Assembly (NCBI GenBank): GCA_965240325.2
Contig: OZ251249.1
Coordinates: forward strand, 930,001-994,000
DNA from: Rebecca billardiae RCC1528
Lineage: Eukaryota > Protista > Haptophyta
Direction: 5' to 3'
Length of the DNA: 64,000 bases
The position numbers and the translations under genes are program-made. The notes below the pieces were generated by a model. It did not search any database. It saw nothing but the letters and a program-made list of their open reading frames with translations, and had not been told where the DNA came from. Within the stretch, counting starts at the first letter, position 1, and every line of letters starts with the position of its first letter. Shown here one piece after another: positions 11,910 through 24,988 of the stretch.

Positions 11910-13246
11910 CCGGCACTCGTGCCGGTGGCGAGCTGAAGCTCGACGGGGGGGACTGTTCACTGTAGCGGTAATTGTGGCGGCGGTAACCGGTGGCTGTGGG
12001 TGGCGGAGTGGCAGTGAGCCAGGCAGCTGACAGCGGTGATTCAGGGGCTCGGCGACCGGTGCCGGTGCCCGGTCGGGCTGGCTCGGCGGCGGGCTCGGCA
12101 GCCCCGTTGTGGAGACTCGAGCTGTGAGGCGGCTAACTACAGACCCGCGAGACCGAGTCGTGTGCTTGGAATTTTTGATGCAGCAGTCGATGAGTCACAT
12201 CATCTTCATTGCGCGCCGCTCTGCCTCGCTGCGTCGCCGTTACACTGTCACTGAGCTGTGAGCAGCATGATCAATGGTGGCGGCCTCGGCTGACCATCAC
12301 GGCTCATGCCACCGTCGCCGACCGCGGTACGACCCGGTGTTGCTGACACAAGTCACTAGTCAGCACAAGCCCGGGCTGCTGCATACTGCCGCCGATGATG
12401 AGCTGCGCGCCATTCGTGAAGTACTGGGCGAGTGGGCGGTCACTGAGCTGTGAGCAGCCGATGACCGAGCAAGGCAGTTGCGAGCACGCGGGCACTACGG
12501 TTGCTGCTCGCGGCAGGGCACTAGTCACGACACAAGTGATGACAAGCCGGCTGCTCGGCTCACGACGCCGTGACGAGTGACTCGTCGGGCGGGCTGATAT
12601 ATGCGCGATTCGTGCTGAAGACTTGACGAACTACTACTGAATAAGCACGCGCCGCAAGCAGTACTTATACCGCGCGTATACCGGTATATATACGACGCTC
12701 ATATCATAATATATATATATATATGTACTGCTTGCTCAGTCGGGAACATGAGTAGTGCTGTCGTCCGAGAACGACGCGACAACTCAGGGCCGTGCGCCCT
12801 CAACTTAAGTTATAATATATTCGTCTTATGATTCATCGTCGTAGCGTCATCGTCAGTTGATTGATGCTGCTGATACTCGCGATGGGGCAGCTCTCCGCCG
12901 GCCCGCCTGATCACGATGGCAGCGCCTGTCGTGCGGTACCGTGGTGATTAGCGCCATATTAGGTCGGAGGCCACTCTGGGAAGTCTTCCGCACGGGCTGA
13001 CGTACACACTGGACATGTGGCACGACACGGGCCGGGCGCAGGTGGTCACACGCGCCCCAGCCTGGCTGCTTGCTGCCAGCGCCGCCTCGCCGCCGGCTGC
13101 GGCGATGACGCGCCGCGCCAGCTGCCTAAGCAGTGCAGCCTCCACGCACCGTAGTGCGCGCGCACGCCAGCCACGCGCGAGCCACGCGCGGCGCGCGCGC
13201 GCAGCCGCGCCCACGGCCCTCCGCGCTCCGCCGGCGGCGCGGAGGC

Positions 13247-13722
13247 TCAGAGCTTGGGCGTCTTGAGCCGCGGGCGCAGCGCGACGAGCTCCTGGTCCGA
13301 CTCCGTGCGGCGGCGCATGCCCGGCGCGGCCGGCAGCGCGCCGCTCGGCGAGGAGCCGTCTCCTGCCGCCGCGGTGTCGCGGTGGGCGCGCCACCAGCGC
13401 GAGTAGGCGCGCACGTCCACGACGATGGCGGTCATGTTGTCGTAGCCGCTGCCGTCCTCCTCCTCCTCCTCCCCGTCCTCCTCGTCCTCGGCGTCGGCGT
13501 CGGCCGCGTGCTCGGGCCCGGCGGCGGCGCCGACGGCCGCGCCGCCGCCGCCGCCCGCGTCCCCGCCCCTCCCGCCGCCACCGCCCAGCTCCAGCGCCAG
13601 GCCCACCCCGCGCGGCTTGGCGACACAGCGGTCGAGCAGCGCGCAGCACACGGCTGAGAGGACGTCCGGCGCGGCGGCGGGCGCGGCGGCGGGCGCGGCG
13701 CCCTCGCCGCCCGTGTCCTCGC

Positions 13723-13759
<37 letters not shown>

Positions 13760-14823
13760 GCTCGCGCCCGCGCCGTGCGGCGGCGGCGCCGTCGGCGACG
13801 CCGCCTCCGCCGCAGGCGCGCTCGGCATCCGCTGCCGCACAAACTCCACCGCCGCCTCGTTGCTCAGCACCTCGAAGATGCCGTCGCACGCGAGCAGCAC
13901 GAACTCGTCCGAGTCGGTCAGCCGGGTGACGGTCACGTCCGGCTCGGCGGAGATGGGCTGCGCCGTGCGCGCCACGCCGGGCACGCACTGCGCGCACGGG
14001 AGCGCGCGTGCGCGGGGGCGGGCGCGGCCGAGGGAGTCAGCGGGCGTCCCGCCCAGCTGTGGTTGACCCGCCACACCGCCACACGCCGCGCCGCCCCATC
14101 CCACTACCGGCTGGCGCACGGCGTGCGTGCCCGGCCCACACACACAGCACACGCACACACGGCGCGGCACACACAACCGCAGCGAGCCGCGCGCACAGCG
14201 CACGCGCACAGCGCAGCACAGCGCAGCACAGCACAGCGCAGCGCAGCACAGCGCAGCGCAGCGCACAGGAGCCCCGCGCGCCCCACGCGCAGCTTGCGCC
14301 CCCCGCGGCCCCCCTTTCAAGACGACACCGCGCTCGCCCCCTCGCGACCAAGCGCTCCGCGCAGTCTGGGCGTCCCAACACTCCCCGCACTCCCCGCAAC
14401 GGCCGCACCTTGTAGTTGAGGTCGCCCAGTGCGCGCGCGAGGTTAAGGTTGCCGCAGCAGCGGCCCTCGCGCACGAAGCCGCCCGCGGCCTCGATGCGCG
14501 CCTTCTCCTTCGCGTCGTCGGGCTTGTGGTCCGTCGTCAGCGCCACCGCCTGCCCCGCCCGGCACAGCACGGCGCGCGAGTCCCCGGCGTTCGCCACGAC
14601 CAGCCAGCCATCGTGGACGACGGCGACCACAGCGGTCGCTCCCGAAGAGTAGCCTGGCCATTCGGCGCGCGCGCCGGAGTGGCGGCGCATGAACTCGAGC
14701 GCGCGCAGCGCGGCCTGGCGCTCCTCGTCGCCCTCGTCCTCGTCCTCCTCCTCCTCCTCCTCCTCCTCCTCCCCCTCCTCCTCCTCGCCCGCGTCCGCGC
14801 CGCCGCCGGCCGCGCCGCCGGAT

Positions 14824-14889
<66 letters not shown>

Positions 14890-15025
14890 TCCTCGCCCTC
14901 GGCGTCGGCATCTCGCAGGGCCTCCTGCTGCTGCGCGATCGCGCGCAGCACCTGGCGCAGCCTGTTCGGCGGCTCGACGCGCTCCGCGCCCTCAGCCGCC
15001 GCGCCACCACCAACGCCGCCGCCAA

Positions 15026-15056
<31 letters not shown>

Positions 15057-15539
15057 CTCCGCGTCCGCGCCGCCGCCCTCCGCGCGCGCCAGCCTCTCGC
15101 CGCGCGCCTCGCACTCGTCGCGCGAGCTCTGCGCGGCGGCGCGCGTGAGCCGCACGGGCGCGCGCGTCAGTATCTCCCGCAGCTCCGCCTGCCCCTCCTC
15201 CGAGCCGATCAGCTCGTCCACCTTCAGGTAGGTGTGGCCGAGCGCGTCTGTCACGTCGTCGTCGGTCGCGCCCGCGCGCGCGTAGCGCTCGTCGGCGAGG
15301 AGGAGCTCGGGCAGGCGGCGCGCGCAGAGGGCGGCGACCTCACGCCCGCCGTGCCCGTCGAACACGCCGAAGAGCGCGCGCGCCGACGTCCCCCCGTAGC
15401 TCGGCAGCGCGGCGTGCGCGTCCTCCTGCGACTGCCGCCAGCCCTGCATCGACGCGGCGCCAAAGCGGAGGCACTCGCTGGCGCCGTCGTCGACGCTCTT
15501 CTCGAGGTCGGGCTCGGGGAGGCCGTGCGTGCTGCCCAT
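13247..15539 (-). CDS. PP2C/PPM protein phosphatase with an acidic insertion (PPM1G-like)
   Basis: MGS start, SMQGWRQSQEDAH, FGVFDGHGG, ANAGDSRAVL, DHKP, LARALGD, LLACDGIFEV, DNMT. Intron 14408..13988. Confidence 0.93.
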
Positions 15540-16268
15540 CCTGCGAGCCGAGTGCGCCGCGCCGCCGTGCCGCCCGCCGTGTCCGCGGCGGCGCGTGACC
15601 GGGCGCGATCGCGGCGCAGCCCTTGCAGCACCGATCGACGCGGGTTGATGACGCTGCGGCCCGTCAGGCGTCACCTGCCGCTCCTTCCTCCTCCGCCCGA
15701 TCTCTTCAGGCTCGAGCCGGAATCTCGCTCGTCGCCCCCGGACCAACACACGTACGTTCGACGGCGGCAGCTCCGGTCACGAGCCCAGCTGCCTCAGCAC
15801 GGCTGCCTGCCTGTCAGCCGAGTTATTCTCAGAATCATGACGATAGCTACACTATACGCCTTTGAGGCCCTGCCAATGATGGCTGACCTCACAGCCTGTG
15901 CGGAGCTATAGATTACACATCGCAGGACGGTGTCGACGATGTGATGGGCACTTCTGGCGGCTGGCGCATCCTGGCCCGGACTCACTCACTCACAGCCGAC
16001 AGCGGCGCGGCTCTGGCCGACGGGCGCACTCGGCGTGCTCGCCCGCTCGGTGGCTTCGTGAACGGCGAGCCCACACGCTGCCGGTCGGTGCTGCCACGTG
16101 CGCTGGCCGCGCCCCGCGCGTGCGCCGTCCGACACGCCAACGCCGTGCGCGCGCCATGCGCCGCGCAGCAGCGCGGGCAGCCGCAGGGCAGCCGCAGCGG
16201 AGGGGCGGCACAGCCGTTCGGCTGCAGCTGGGGCGGCCGAGGCGGCCGTCGGCGCAGCAGCTGCGGGC

Positions 16269-16761
16269 TCAGCTGCCACCCAGAAGCCCGCCGTAGAACT
16301 CAAAAATGCCCTGCGGAGGGCGGCGCGGCGGAGCGGGGCGCGCGTGAGCGCGCGCGCGCGCGCAGAAGGGGATGGTGGCGAGGGGGGCGGCGGTCGAACG
16401 GCGGGGCGGCGCGCGCGCGCACCTTGTCGAGCACGGCCTCCTGGAGGAAGAGGATGACGAAGCCCATCATCGCCGCGCGCCCGTTCAGCTTCTCCGCCGC
16501 CGGCACCCAGCCCGCCGTGTAACGCTCGCGCTCCGCCTGGTACGGCTCGAGCCGCGAGATCGCCCCCTCGACCTCGCGGTCGTACTTTCCGCGAAAGTTC
16601 TCGTCGACCTCGAACGCGACGACGGCGGCGCGCGGGGCCGTGGCGGTGCGGGCGTGCCTGGTCACGCGTGTGCTCGAGGCGCGGAGCGCCTCGGCCGGCC
16701 GCGCTGCCAGCCCGCAGAGCAGCGCGGCGGCGACGAGCGCCTTCGACACGGGCTTCATCAT
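16269..16761 (-). CDS. High-light-inducible / one-helix LHC-like protein, plastid-targeted
   Basis: Signal peptide and AEKLNGRAAMMGF chlorophyll-binding motif. Intron 16422..16311 gives VLDK|GIFEFYGGLLGGS*. Confidence 0.88.
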
Positions 16762-16862
16762 GCGGCTGCTTCGCGAGTCGTCCTCCGAGTTGATTAAAAA
16801 CACGACTCCCCCGCCTGCTTGTTTTTTTTTTCCAAGTCAGCGGTAAACTGTGCCGCGGAGCG

Positions 16863-17729
16863 ATGGTGGTCGGCGTCGCGCGCGCGCTCTCGGCCGCTGA
16901 CGCCACGGCGGTGCGCACGCAGCTGGGCTTCGTGCCGTCGAATGCGCTGGCTGTCGCGGCGCGTGCGGTCTCGGACGGCCGGCCCACCGTGCTCGCCATG
17001 TACCCGCTGCTCACGGAGCGCGTGTGCGGGCGCGTGCGCGTCGCGGCGCGCCGGCGGCGCCGGACGGCGCCGCCCGGTCCGCAGCCGTTCCCGACGCTCT
17101 TCTGGCTGGCTTGCCCGCAGCTGAAGAGCAGCGTGTCGCACCTCGAGGCCGTCGGCCTCCTCCCCGTCCTGCAGGCCCACCTCGCTGCCCGGCCGGACGC
17201 GGCCGCGCTGCTGAGCTCGCAGCAGGGGTCGTACGCGCGCGCGCGCTGGGCGAGCCTCGCGCCCGAGGATCGCGCGCTCGCCGAGGCGCGCGGCTGGGTG
17301 GGCAAGCTGCGGGACACGGGCGTCGGCGGCGCCGCCGACCACGGCGCCGTCAAGTGCCTGCACGCGCACCTCGCCCACGAGCTCGCCGCCCTCGACGCGA
17401 CGAGTGCCGTGGCGCGCGGCGGACCGGCGGCGCACGGCGCCGAGCCGTCGCCTGCGCCGTGTGCGCTGCGCGACGGCGGCGGCGGCGGCGGCGGTGGCGG
17501 CGAGGGCCGCAACCTGATCGGCGCGTGGGTGCTGCGCGCGCTCGGCTCGGGGCTGCACGAGCGCGCCGCCGAATGGCAGCGCGAGCTCGACACGCAGCGC
17601 ATCCCGCGGCCGAGCGAGCTGTATGGTGCGCGCGCGCGCCGGCCGGCCGCGCGGCAGCGGCTGCCTCCGGCCCTCGAGACGAGCGCGCTCGCGCTGTTCG
17701 ACGAGGCGCGCGCGGCGATGGCGGCGTGA
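16863..17729 (+). CDS. DUF501 family protein
   Basis: PFPTLFWLACP..VSHLE..GVGG..VKCLHAHLAHELA..NLIG are DUF501 hallmark motifs. Confidence 0.85.
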   Translation: MVVGVARALSAADATAVRTQLGFVPSNALAVAARAVSDGRPTVLAMYPLLTERVCGRVRVAARRRRRTAPPGPQPFPTLFWLACPQLKSSVSHLEAVGLLPVLQAHLAARPDAAALLSSQQGSYARARWASLAPEDRALAEARGWVGKLRDTGVGGAADHGAVKCLHAHLAHELAALDATSAVARGGPAAHGAEPSPAPCALRDGGGGGGGGGEGRNLIGAWVLRALGSGLHERAAEWQRELDTQRIPRPSELYGARARRPAARQRLPPALETSALALFDEARAAMAA

Positions 17730-18305
17730 GCGCGAGGCGCGGGCGTGGGCGGGGCCGCGCGGCACGCCGCCGGCGCTTCCGTCGGCCGACGGAAGCGCCG
17801 GCAGCTGCCGGCCCGGGGCCGGGCGGCCGCGACCGCTTCAGCCGATTCGTCTGAGGCTGCTGCGATTATTCAGCGCGGCCCGCGTGCGCGGTGCGTCGTG
17901 CAGCAGCGTGCCCGTGCTGCTGCGCACGCTGGCGCTGCCCGCCGTGTGATGCACGCGCGTGGCGCGTGGCGTGCATGCCGATGGGCCGGCGTGCGGTACA
18001 TATACCGCGATATTATATATATATACAAACACGCACTATATACGCGCATCAGCGCGCATCAGCAACCGGCGGATACGAAGCCTGACGATGATGATATATG
18101 CATGCATACATATATATATATATATATATGACGATATGATGCACATGATGATGCGCGAAGTCGTAGATCGCCGGCGCGCGCGCGCGCGGTCAGCAGCAGC
18201 AACAGCACCGCGCGCGGCGCATCATCACCGACCGTCCGTCGTCGCATCGTGGTCAGCGCCTGCCATGCCGTGCGAGCGCGCGCGGCGCGCGGCGTGCGGC
18301 GAGTC

Positions 18306-21001
18306 TCAGCGGCGTCGCGCGGCCTTGCTCTTGCCCTTCCCGTGCCGCCCGCCGCCCGCCGCGCCGCCCGGCCCGCCCGCGCCGGGCAGCGCGCGCGGCG
18401 CGCGGTGCGCCACCCTCGGCTGCCCCGCGCGCGCCAGCTCCGCCGCCAGCCGCTCGAATTTCTCGGCGAGGCGCGCGCGCGCGACGTTGCAGTCGGCGAT
18501 GGAGTAGTAGGAGCAGTTGTCGCCGCCGTCGGCGGCGCGCCGCCTCGAGCCGAGCGCGTCGCGCCCGCCGCTCGGCGCGCGCGTCGACTCGGTCAGGTCG
18601 GAGAAGAGCACCGCGCGGTGCGCCGGACCGATCGGCTGGCGCGTGTGCACGTCCAGCGCGCACGTGCCGTGCTGCTGCTGCTGTGGCGGCGGCGGCGGCG
18701 GCGGCTGCGCGTGCGAGTGCGGCGGCGGCTGCGCGGCGGCGGCGGCGGCGGCGGCGGCGGGCGGCGGCGCGCCCGCGATGCCCAGCTTGCCGCCCCCGCC
18801 GGCGCGCGGCGCGGCGGCACGCGAGCCGCCGCGCTCCGCCGCGCCGGCCGCGCGCTCCGCGCGCTCGGCGCCGCTGCCGCGCTCCACCCAGCACACGGAA
18901 GGGTCGGCCCCGTCCACGCCTGCGCGCGGGGGCGGGGGGGGGGGCGGGGGGAGGGCGGGGCGTGAGCTCCGCGGCCGCGGCACGCCGCCCGCGCTTGCAG
19001 CCCCGGCCGCGCGGCGGCCGCCGTGCCGCGCGGCCGCGCGAGATTGCAACCTCGGCCGCGCGAGATTGCAATCTCGGCCGCGCGCACCGACGTAGCCGCG
19101 CGTGCGCGCCTCGTCCTGGAAGGTGGGCGTGCGCCTCCCACCGATCGACTGTGAGAGGCCGACCATGCGCGGGTTGTTGGCGCGCTCGGCGATGTCGAAG
19201 AGCAGGTGCGTGCGGCTGCGCCCGCGCGCGGCGGGGGGCGGCGCGGCGGCCGCGCGTGAGCCAGCCGCCGAGATTGCAATCTGGGCGCGCGCCGCGCGCC
19301 GCTCACCGCCGCGCGCGCGCCCGCGCGCACGGGCTGCGTGCGGCCGGCGCCGCGCGCGCAGCGCACCCGTTGAGCCCTGGCTCGGGGGTGGAGAGGACGT
19401 GCGCGAGCAGCTGGCTGCCGATGTACCGGCAGCCGCCCGGCCGCGCGCAGATGATGTCCACTGCGCCCACGCACGCAGCGGCGGCGGTGCGGCGCGCAGC
19501 AGCAGCAGCAGCAGCGGCGCGGTGGCAGCGCGGCGGTGCGCGTGAGCGGCGGGCGCGGGCGCGCGCGGGCGGCGCGGCGCGGCGCGGGCGCGCGCACAGC
19601 GGGCGCGCGCGCCGAGCGCTGCCCCCTCGCGCCCGCCCCGCGCGCGCAGCGGCGCGCCCACGGCCGCGCACGCGCACGCGCGCCCGCCCCCTCGCGCCCC
19701 GCCGCGCACCCGAGAGCAGCGTGGGGTAGTGCAGCGCCGAGGTGAAGCGCGTGCCCGCCTCAAACGACACGCGCCGGTCAAAGCGTGCGCGCGGCATCTG
19801 CTGCACGAGGCAGCGCTCGCCGAGGTAGAAGCGCCGGTCCTCCTGGTTGGCGCAGCCGAGCGGCTGGAACTGCTGCGCCGTCCACGGCGACTGGAAGTCG
19901 TGCACCACGATCAGCCCTGCGGGAGGCGGGCGGCGCGGGGGCGAGGGCGGCGGCGGAGGGGGGGGGGGCCGCAAGCGCTCGGGGGGCTGAGGCGCGCGCC
20001 GCGCGCGCGCGCCGCGCGCCGCGCGCGCGCCGCACCCGCGCGCGCCGCGCACCCTGTATCTCGAGCGAGCTGGTGTGCAGCAGCACGTACGGCTCGCACA
20101 CGCACCCCGGCTGCGGCGAGGTGTGCTGCATCCAGAAGTCGCGCTGTATCCACAGCACGCCGTCCCTGCACGCCAGCGCGTGCAGTAGCGCCTCCTGCTC
20201 GCCCGGCGCCCACAGCGCCCCCTGCCGCACGAGGGTGTTGTACTCCGCCTTGCGCAGCTGCGGCGCAGAACGGGGGGGCAGGGGGCGGCGGCGTGCGCGT
20301 GCGTGCGCGCGCGTGAGCGTGCGTCCGCGCCGCCGCACGCCAATGCCTGCTGCGCGCGCCGCGCGGCGCGCGCATCCGCTGCCGCCGCGCGCGGTGCGGT
20401 GCGGTGCGGTGCGGCGCGCGCGCTCGCACCACGCAGACGGAGGCGAACGGCTCGTAGCTGCGCAGCGCGTGCAAAGCCCGCCGCAGCCGCGCGGACGTGC
20501 GCGCGGCCTCCTCCTCCGCCAGGCCGCGCGTCACCGCCAGCGGCCGCAGCTCTGCGCAGACAGCCAGGCGACAGGCGCGCGCGGCGGCGCGCGGCGGCGG
20601 CGCGGCGCGCGGCGCGCGCCTCAGCTCGGGGTGGCGTTGCGCGGCGCGCTCGGTGCCCGCTCGGTGCCCCGCTCAAGCGGGCGGGCGGGGGCGCGCGCGC
20701 GCGGCGCGTACTCGGCAGCGCGGCGGCGAGCGCGGCGCACAGCTCGTGGTACTCCTCGTCGAACTGCGCGAGCAGCGCCGACGCCGCGGCCGCGGCCATC
20801 AGGCTGAAGACATGCTCGCCACCCGCCCAGCTCGAGGCGCCGCCGCCGCCGCCGCCGCCGACGCCCGCCGTGGCCTCGGCGGCTGCGGCCTCGGCGCGGC
20901 GCGTGTGCACGTACAGCGTGGCGGCGAGCGCGGCGCGCACCGCCGCCGCCACCGCGCCCACCGACGCGAACGGCGCGAGCACGTCGCCGCCGTCCGCGTC
21001 C

Positions 21002-21045
<44 letters not shown>

Positions 21046-23359
21046 TCGCCGCCTCTTGAGCTCGGCGCCACCGCCGCTGCCGCCGGCGCCGGCGCCGGCG
21101 CCGGAGCCGCGCAGCCCGCCGCGACGCCCACCGCCGGCGCCCCCGCGCGCACCACCGCCGCCGCCTCCACTCCCGCCGCCGCCCTCGCCCTCCGCCGCCG
21201 CCGCGCTCAGCGCGCCGCCCTTCCCGCCGCCGCCGCGCTCGGCCGCCGCCGCTCCCGCCGCCTCCGCGTCCGCGTCGGCGCGCGGCGCGCGGTGGTGCGC
21301 GCGCAGCCGCGCGACCACCGTCTCGAGCGACTGCGGCACGCCGCCCTCGGCGCCGTCGGCCTCCGGCGCGCGCGCGCGCAGCGGCAGCTCGCCCGCCGAC
21401 AGCAGCGCGGGCGCGTCCACCACTGCAGCGCGGCCGCGCAGCGCACAGCGTGCGCGCGCCGCGCGTGAGCGCGCGTCGGCGCGGCGCGCGGCGCGCGCGT
21501 CGGCGCGGCGCGGGGCGCGCGCGCGCGCCCGCACCGACGGTGGGCCAGAACGGGCGCAGCTGGCGCGCGAGCAGGTCGACGATCAGCGCGAGCCTCGCCA
21601 CCGGCCTCCGCTCGTGCCGCGGCTCCGCACACCGCCCAGTCGCCCAGAGAGGGTCGTCGTCCGCGCCCACGCCGATGCCGCCGCCCATGAACGCGGCCGC
21701 GCCGTCCGCGGCGAAGTGCGGGTGCGCCGGGTGGTGCGGGTGGCGCGGGCTGCCGAGCGCGGCGGCGTCGGCCTCGTCCTCGCCGCCCGTCGGCAGGAAG
21801 AGCGCGGGCAGGCTCGCGTGCGCCGCGTCCTCCGCCGGCTGAAGCTGCGGCAGCGCGCCCAGGGCCAGCGGTCCCACCGCGCTCTGCAGCTCCGAGCGCG
21901 AGGTGGGGCGGAGCAGGCGCAGGGTGAGCGCCTTCGGGGAGGCGTCGGCGCCCCCGGGCGGCATCCACGCGCGCGTGCCCAGCGTCACCGTCTCGAGCTG
22001 GTCCCCGAAGATGCCGCACGGCTGCACCGTGCGTGTCGGCGGCCGAGGCCCAGCGCTCAGCTCGCGCGCCGCCGCGGTTGCCTCGGCCGCCTGCACCGCC
22101 AGCACCGCCGCCTCCGAGCGCTCCTGCCGGCTCCACTTGGGCTTCTTGGACGCGGGGGGCTCGGCGGGGGGCGGCGGCGGCGCGGGGCCCTTGGCGCCGC
22201 CGCCGCCCCTGCCGCCCTTCGCGCCCCCCGCGGGGTGCGGCGGCGCGGCGGCCGCGGCGGCCGCGGCGGCCGCGGCCGCGCCCGAGCTAGCCGCCATCGC
22301 GGCGGCGGCGATGGCGGCGGCGGCGGGCGCGGGCGGCGGGTGCGGCGGCAGCGCGTGCAGCCGGCGGTGGAGCGACTGCCCGCCGCCGAGCGCAGCACCC
22401 GCCAGCGCGAGGCCATCCCCGCCCTCCGCATCGACCACCGAGCCGTCAGCCGCGCCGCCGCCGCCCGCCTCGCCCGCCTCGCCGCCTCCGCTCTCCGCGA
22501 GCGGGTGCGGGTCACCGCCGGCGTCGCCACCGCCAACGCTCGAGGTGCCCGCGATCGAGGTGCCCGCCACGTTCGCCGCCGAGCGGATCGCCATGCCGCG
22601 CAGCGCGCCGGGCGGCGGGTGGTGCGCGCGCCCGCCGAGCCCGCCGCCGCGCCGGCCGCGCGCCGCGCCGCGCCCGCCGCGGCCGAGCGCGCGGCCGCCG
22701 CCCGGCGCGAGCGGCGGCCGCCCGCCGCGCCCGCCGCGCCCGCCGCCGAGGTACGCGCCACGCGAGCCGCCCACGCCGCCGCCGCCGCGGCCGGGCGAGA
22801 GCGGCGAGATGCCGCTGCCGCCGCCGCCACCGCTGCCGCCGCCGAGGCGAGTGAGCGCGCCGCCGCGCGCGCCGCCGCCGCCGTGTTCACTGTCGTCGTC
22901 GTCGTCGTCGTCCTCGTCGTCGTCGTCGTCATCCTGCCCGTCGGAGGCGTCGCCCGCGTCGGTGCCGGCCAGCGCGCTCTCGTCACCACCGTCCACACCC
23001 TCCTCCTCCTCCTCCTCCTCGTCGTCGTCGTCGTCGTCCGCCATCGGCTGATCTGCCGAGGTGTCATCAGCGTCGGCGGAGCCCGCGCCGCCGCCCGTGC
23101 CGTCGGCCGCGGCGTCCGTGTCGTCGTCGTCCTTGTCGTACGCGAGGTCCTCGTCGCCCGCCGACGCAACGCGCCCACCACGCACCGCCATCCCGCTCCA
23201 CGCCCGCCCGCCGCCGCGCCCGCCCGCCGCCGCGGCGAGCGCCGCCGCGCGCGCCGCGCCGACGTCGACCGTTCGAATCGCCATCCGCGCCTCGGCGGCG
23301 GGGCGCTCGGGCGGCGCGGGGGGCGCGAGGAGCGTGGGCGCGTGCCGCGTCGCGACCAT
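18306..23359 (-). CDS. Multi-exon protein with an acidic/low-complexity N-terminus and a putative GNAT-like C-terminal region
   Basis: Coding-like exons across ORFs 20621..23752, 19303..21534, 19778..20338 and 18306..19781, separated by GT..AG introns. DIICARPGGCRYIGSQLLAHVL resembles the acetyl-CoA-binding motif A. Confidence 0.5.
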
Positions 23360-23742
23360 GCCGCCGCGCTGCTCGGCTGCCTGCCCGCCTGCGCTGGCCT
23401 CGCGCGCTCGTGCGCGCAGCCGGCGCGGCCTCGGCTGTGCTCGGGCGGCCGCACTTGCTGGCCACCGCCTCGCTGCTGTCGCCGCCGCGTCGACCTCGCA
23501 CGATCCCTTGTTCCTCGCTGCGCCAGGGGCAGCCGGGCGCGCGCAAAGCTCCGGCCGCAGCTTGGCCAGTAGACGCTGAGAGATGCACTGGTCGCTCCAC
23601 CGGAGAGGGCCCGTTCCTTTGTGTTTGCGACGGTTTTCGACGCGCGAGCGGCCAAAGCCGTCCGGCGATTCCGCGAGCACACGCCCATTCGTTTTCTTCT
23701 CGCGGCCGGCCGTCGCGCGCGGGACGGTGAGTGACTGCGGCG

Positions 23743-24491
23743 ATGGCGCCACCGCCGTCGTGGGTTGACTCGCTGATCGTCGCGTACCTGCTGGCGCACG
23801 GCGTGATCGCGCTGCTGGTCGACGTGCAGTCGATCGTGCCCGACATCGCGCCCTCGCTCCTCCCGCTGTACGAGGCCGCCGGCCTCCGCGCCATCGTCCG
23901 CTCGTGGGCGAACGTTCACGGAGACTTCCTCGTCGCCACCAACCCGCTCTGGTTCAAGAGCTTCATCGGATGCGAGGTGCGCGCGCGCGCGCGCCGCCCG
24001 GGCCTCGGGCGGTGGGCTGAGAGCGCGACACATTGCTATCGCGCGGCCGTCGTGAGGTCCAGCAGTGCGCGCATGCGCTGCGCACCGCGGGAGATGAGCC
24101 GACATCACTCGCGCGCGGCGCGCGCGGGCGCGCCCACTGGCTGACGCAGCTCCTCTTCCAGGTGCCGGCGTGCTTCGCGCTCGCACGCGCGTGGTCCCGC
24201 CGCCTCGAGTCCGCGCGCATGCCCGCCGTCGTCTACTCGGTGCACGTGCTCACGTCGATGGCGCCGATCTCACTCGAGCTGTGCGCGGCACGGTACGCGC
24301 CGCAGCAGCGGCCGCACCCGCCGCCGAGTGGCGCGCGCGGCGGCGAGCCGGCGCTGCCGCCGCCCACGCTCGTGTGCCTCGTGGTGTACGGCGTGTGGAT
24401 CGCGCTGCCCGCGCTGCTCCTCTCGCGCGCACTCGCGCCGCCGCCCATCTTCGGCGCCGCGGGTTCCAGCGCCAAGGGCAAGCGCGCGTGA
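23743..24491 (+). CDS. EXPERA-domain membrane protein (TMEM97/sigma-2-like)
   Basis: HGVIALLVDVQ..GDFLVATNPLWFKSFIGCE|LLFQVP..VYSVHVLTSMAPI..VYGVWIALP. Intron 23977..24149. Confidence 0.88.
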
Positions 24492-24523
24492 GCCGTGGCC
24501 GTGAGCCCTCGACACAGACCGCT

Positions 24524-24988
24524 TCAATCAAGGGGCGCGGGCAGCGAGTGCGCGGGGCGGCGGCACACGTCCTCGCTGCTGCGGTGCTCAAACCGCGCCG
24601 ACAGGTCGCCGAGCGCGGGCATGGCCTCGTTGGCGAACGCGCCCACGTTCGCGCCCACGTCGAGCACGAGCAGCGGCCGCGCGCCCGTGCCCGCGTCCAT
24701 GCGGCAGCGCGCGAGCCGCGCCTCGCGCGTGAGGTACGGCGGCACGACCGCTGCGTCCGAGCAGCTCGTCTGCGCGTGCAGCTTCTGGAACTTGGCGCGG
24801 CGCCACGCGGCCCGCATGTGCTCGCGCCAGTGCGCGAGGTTCGCCATCCGCAGCTCGGCGGTCTCGTTGCGAGCTGCTCCGGGCGACTTCGGAGGGGCCG
24901 CCGGCGACGACGGGTGCTCCTGCTCAGGGCTCCTGCTGCGGCCACCTCCGCGCCAAGCGCGGCCGCTGCATCGCGCGCGCATGCGCAA
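24524..24988 (-). pseudogene. Truncated FkbM-like SAM methyltransferase fragment
   Basis: LVLDVGANVGAFA motif I, then a stop ~35 codons later, just before the 3' end of the EXPERA gene. No KIDxEG motif. Confidence 0.5.

Noticed and set aside
14190-14265. (GCACA/GCGCA)n tract, also (GCCGT)n near 62335-62405 and poly-GCC/TA runs
   Set aside because: Ordinary intronic or low-complexity microsatellites.
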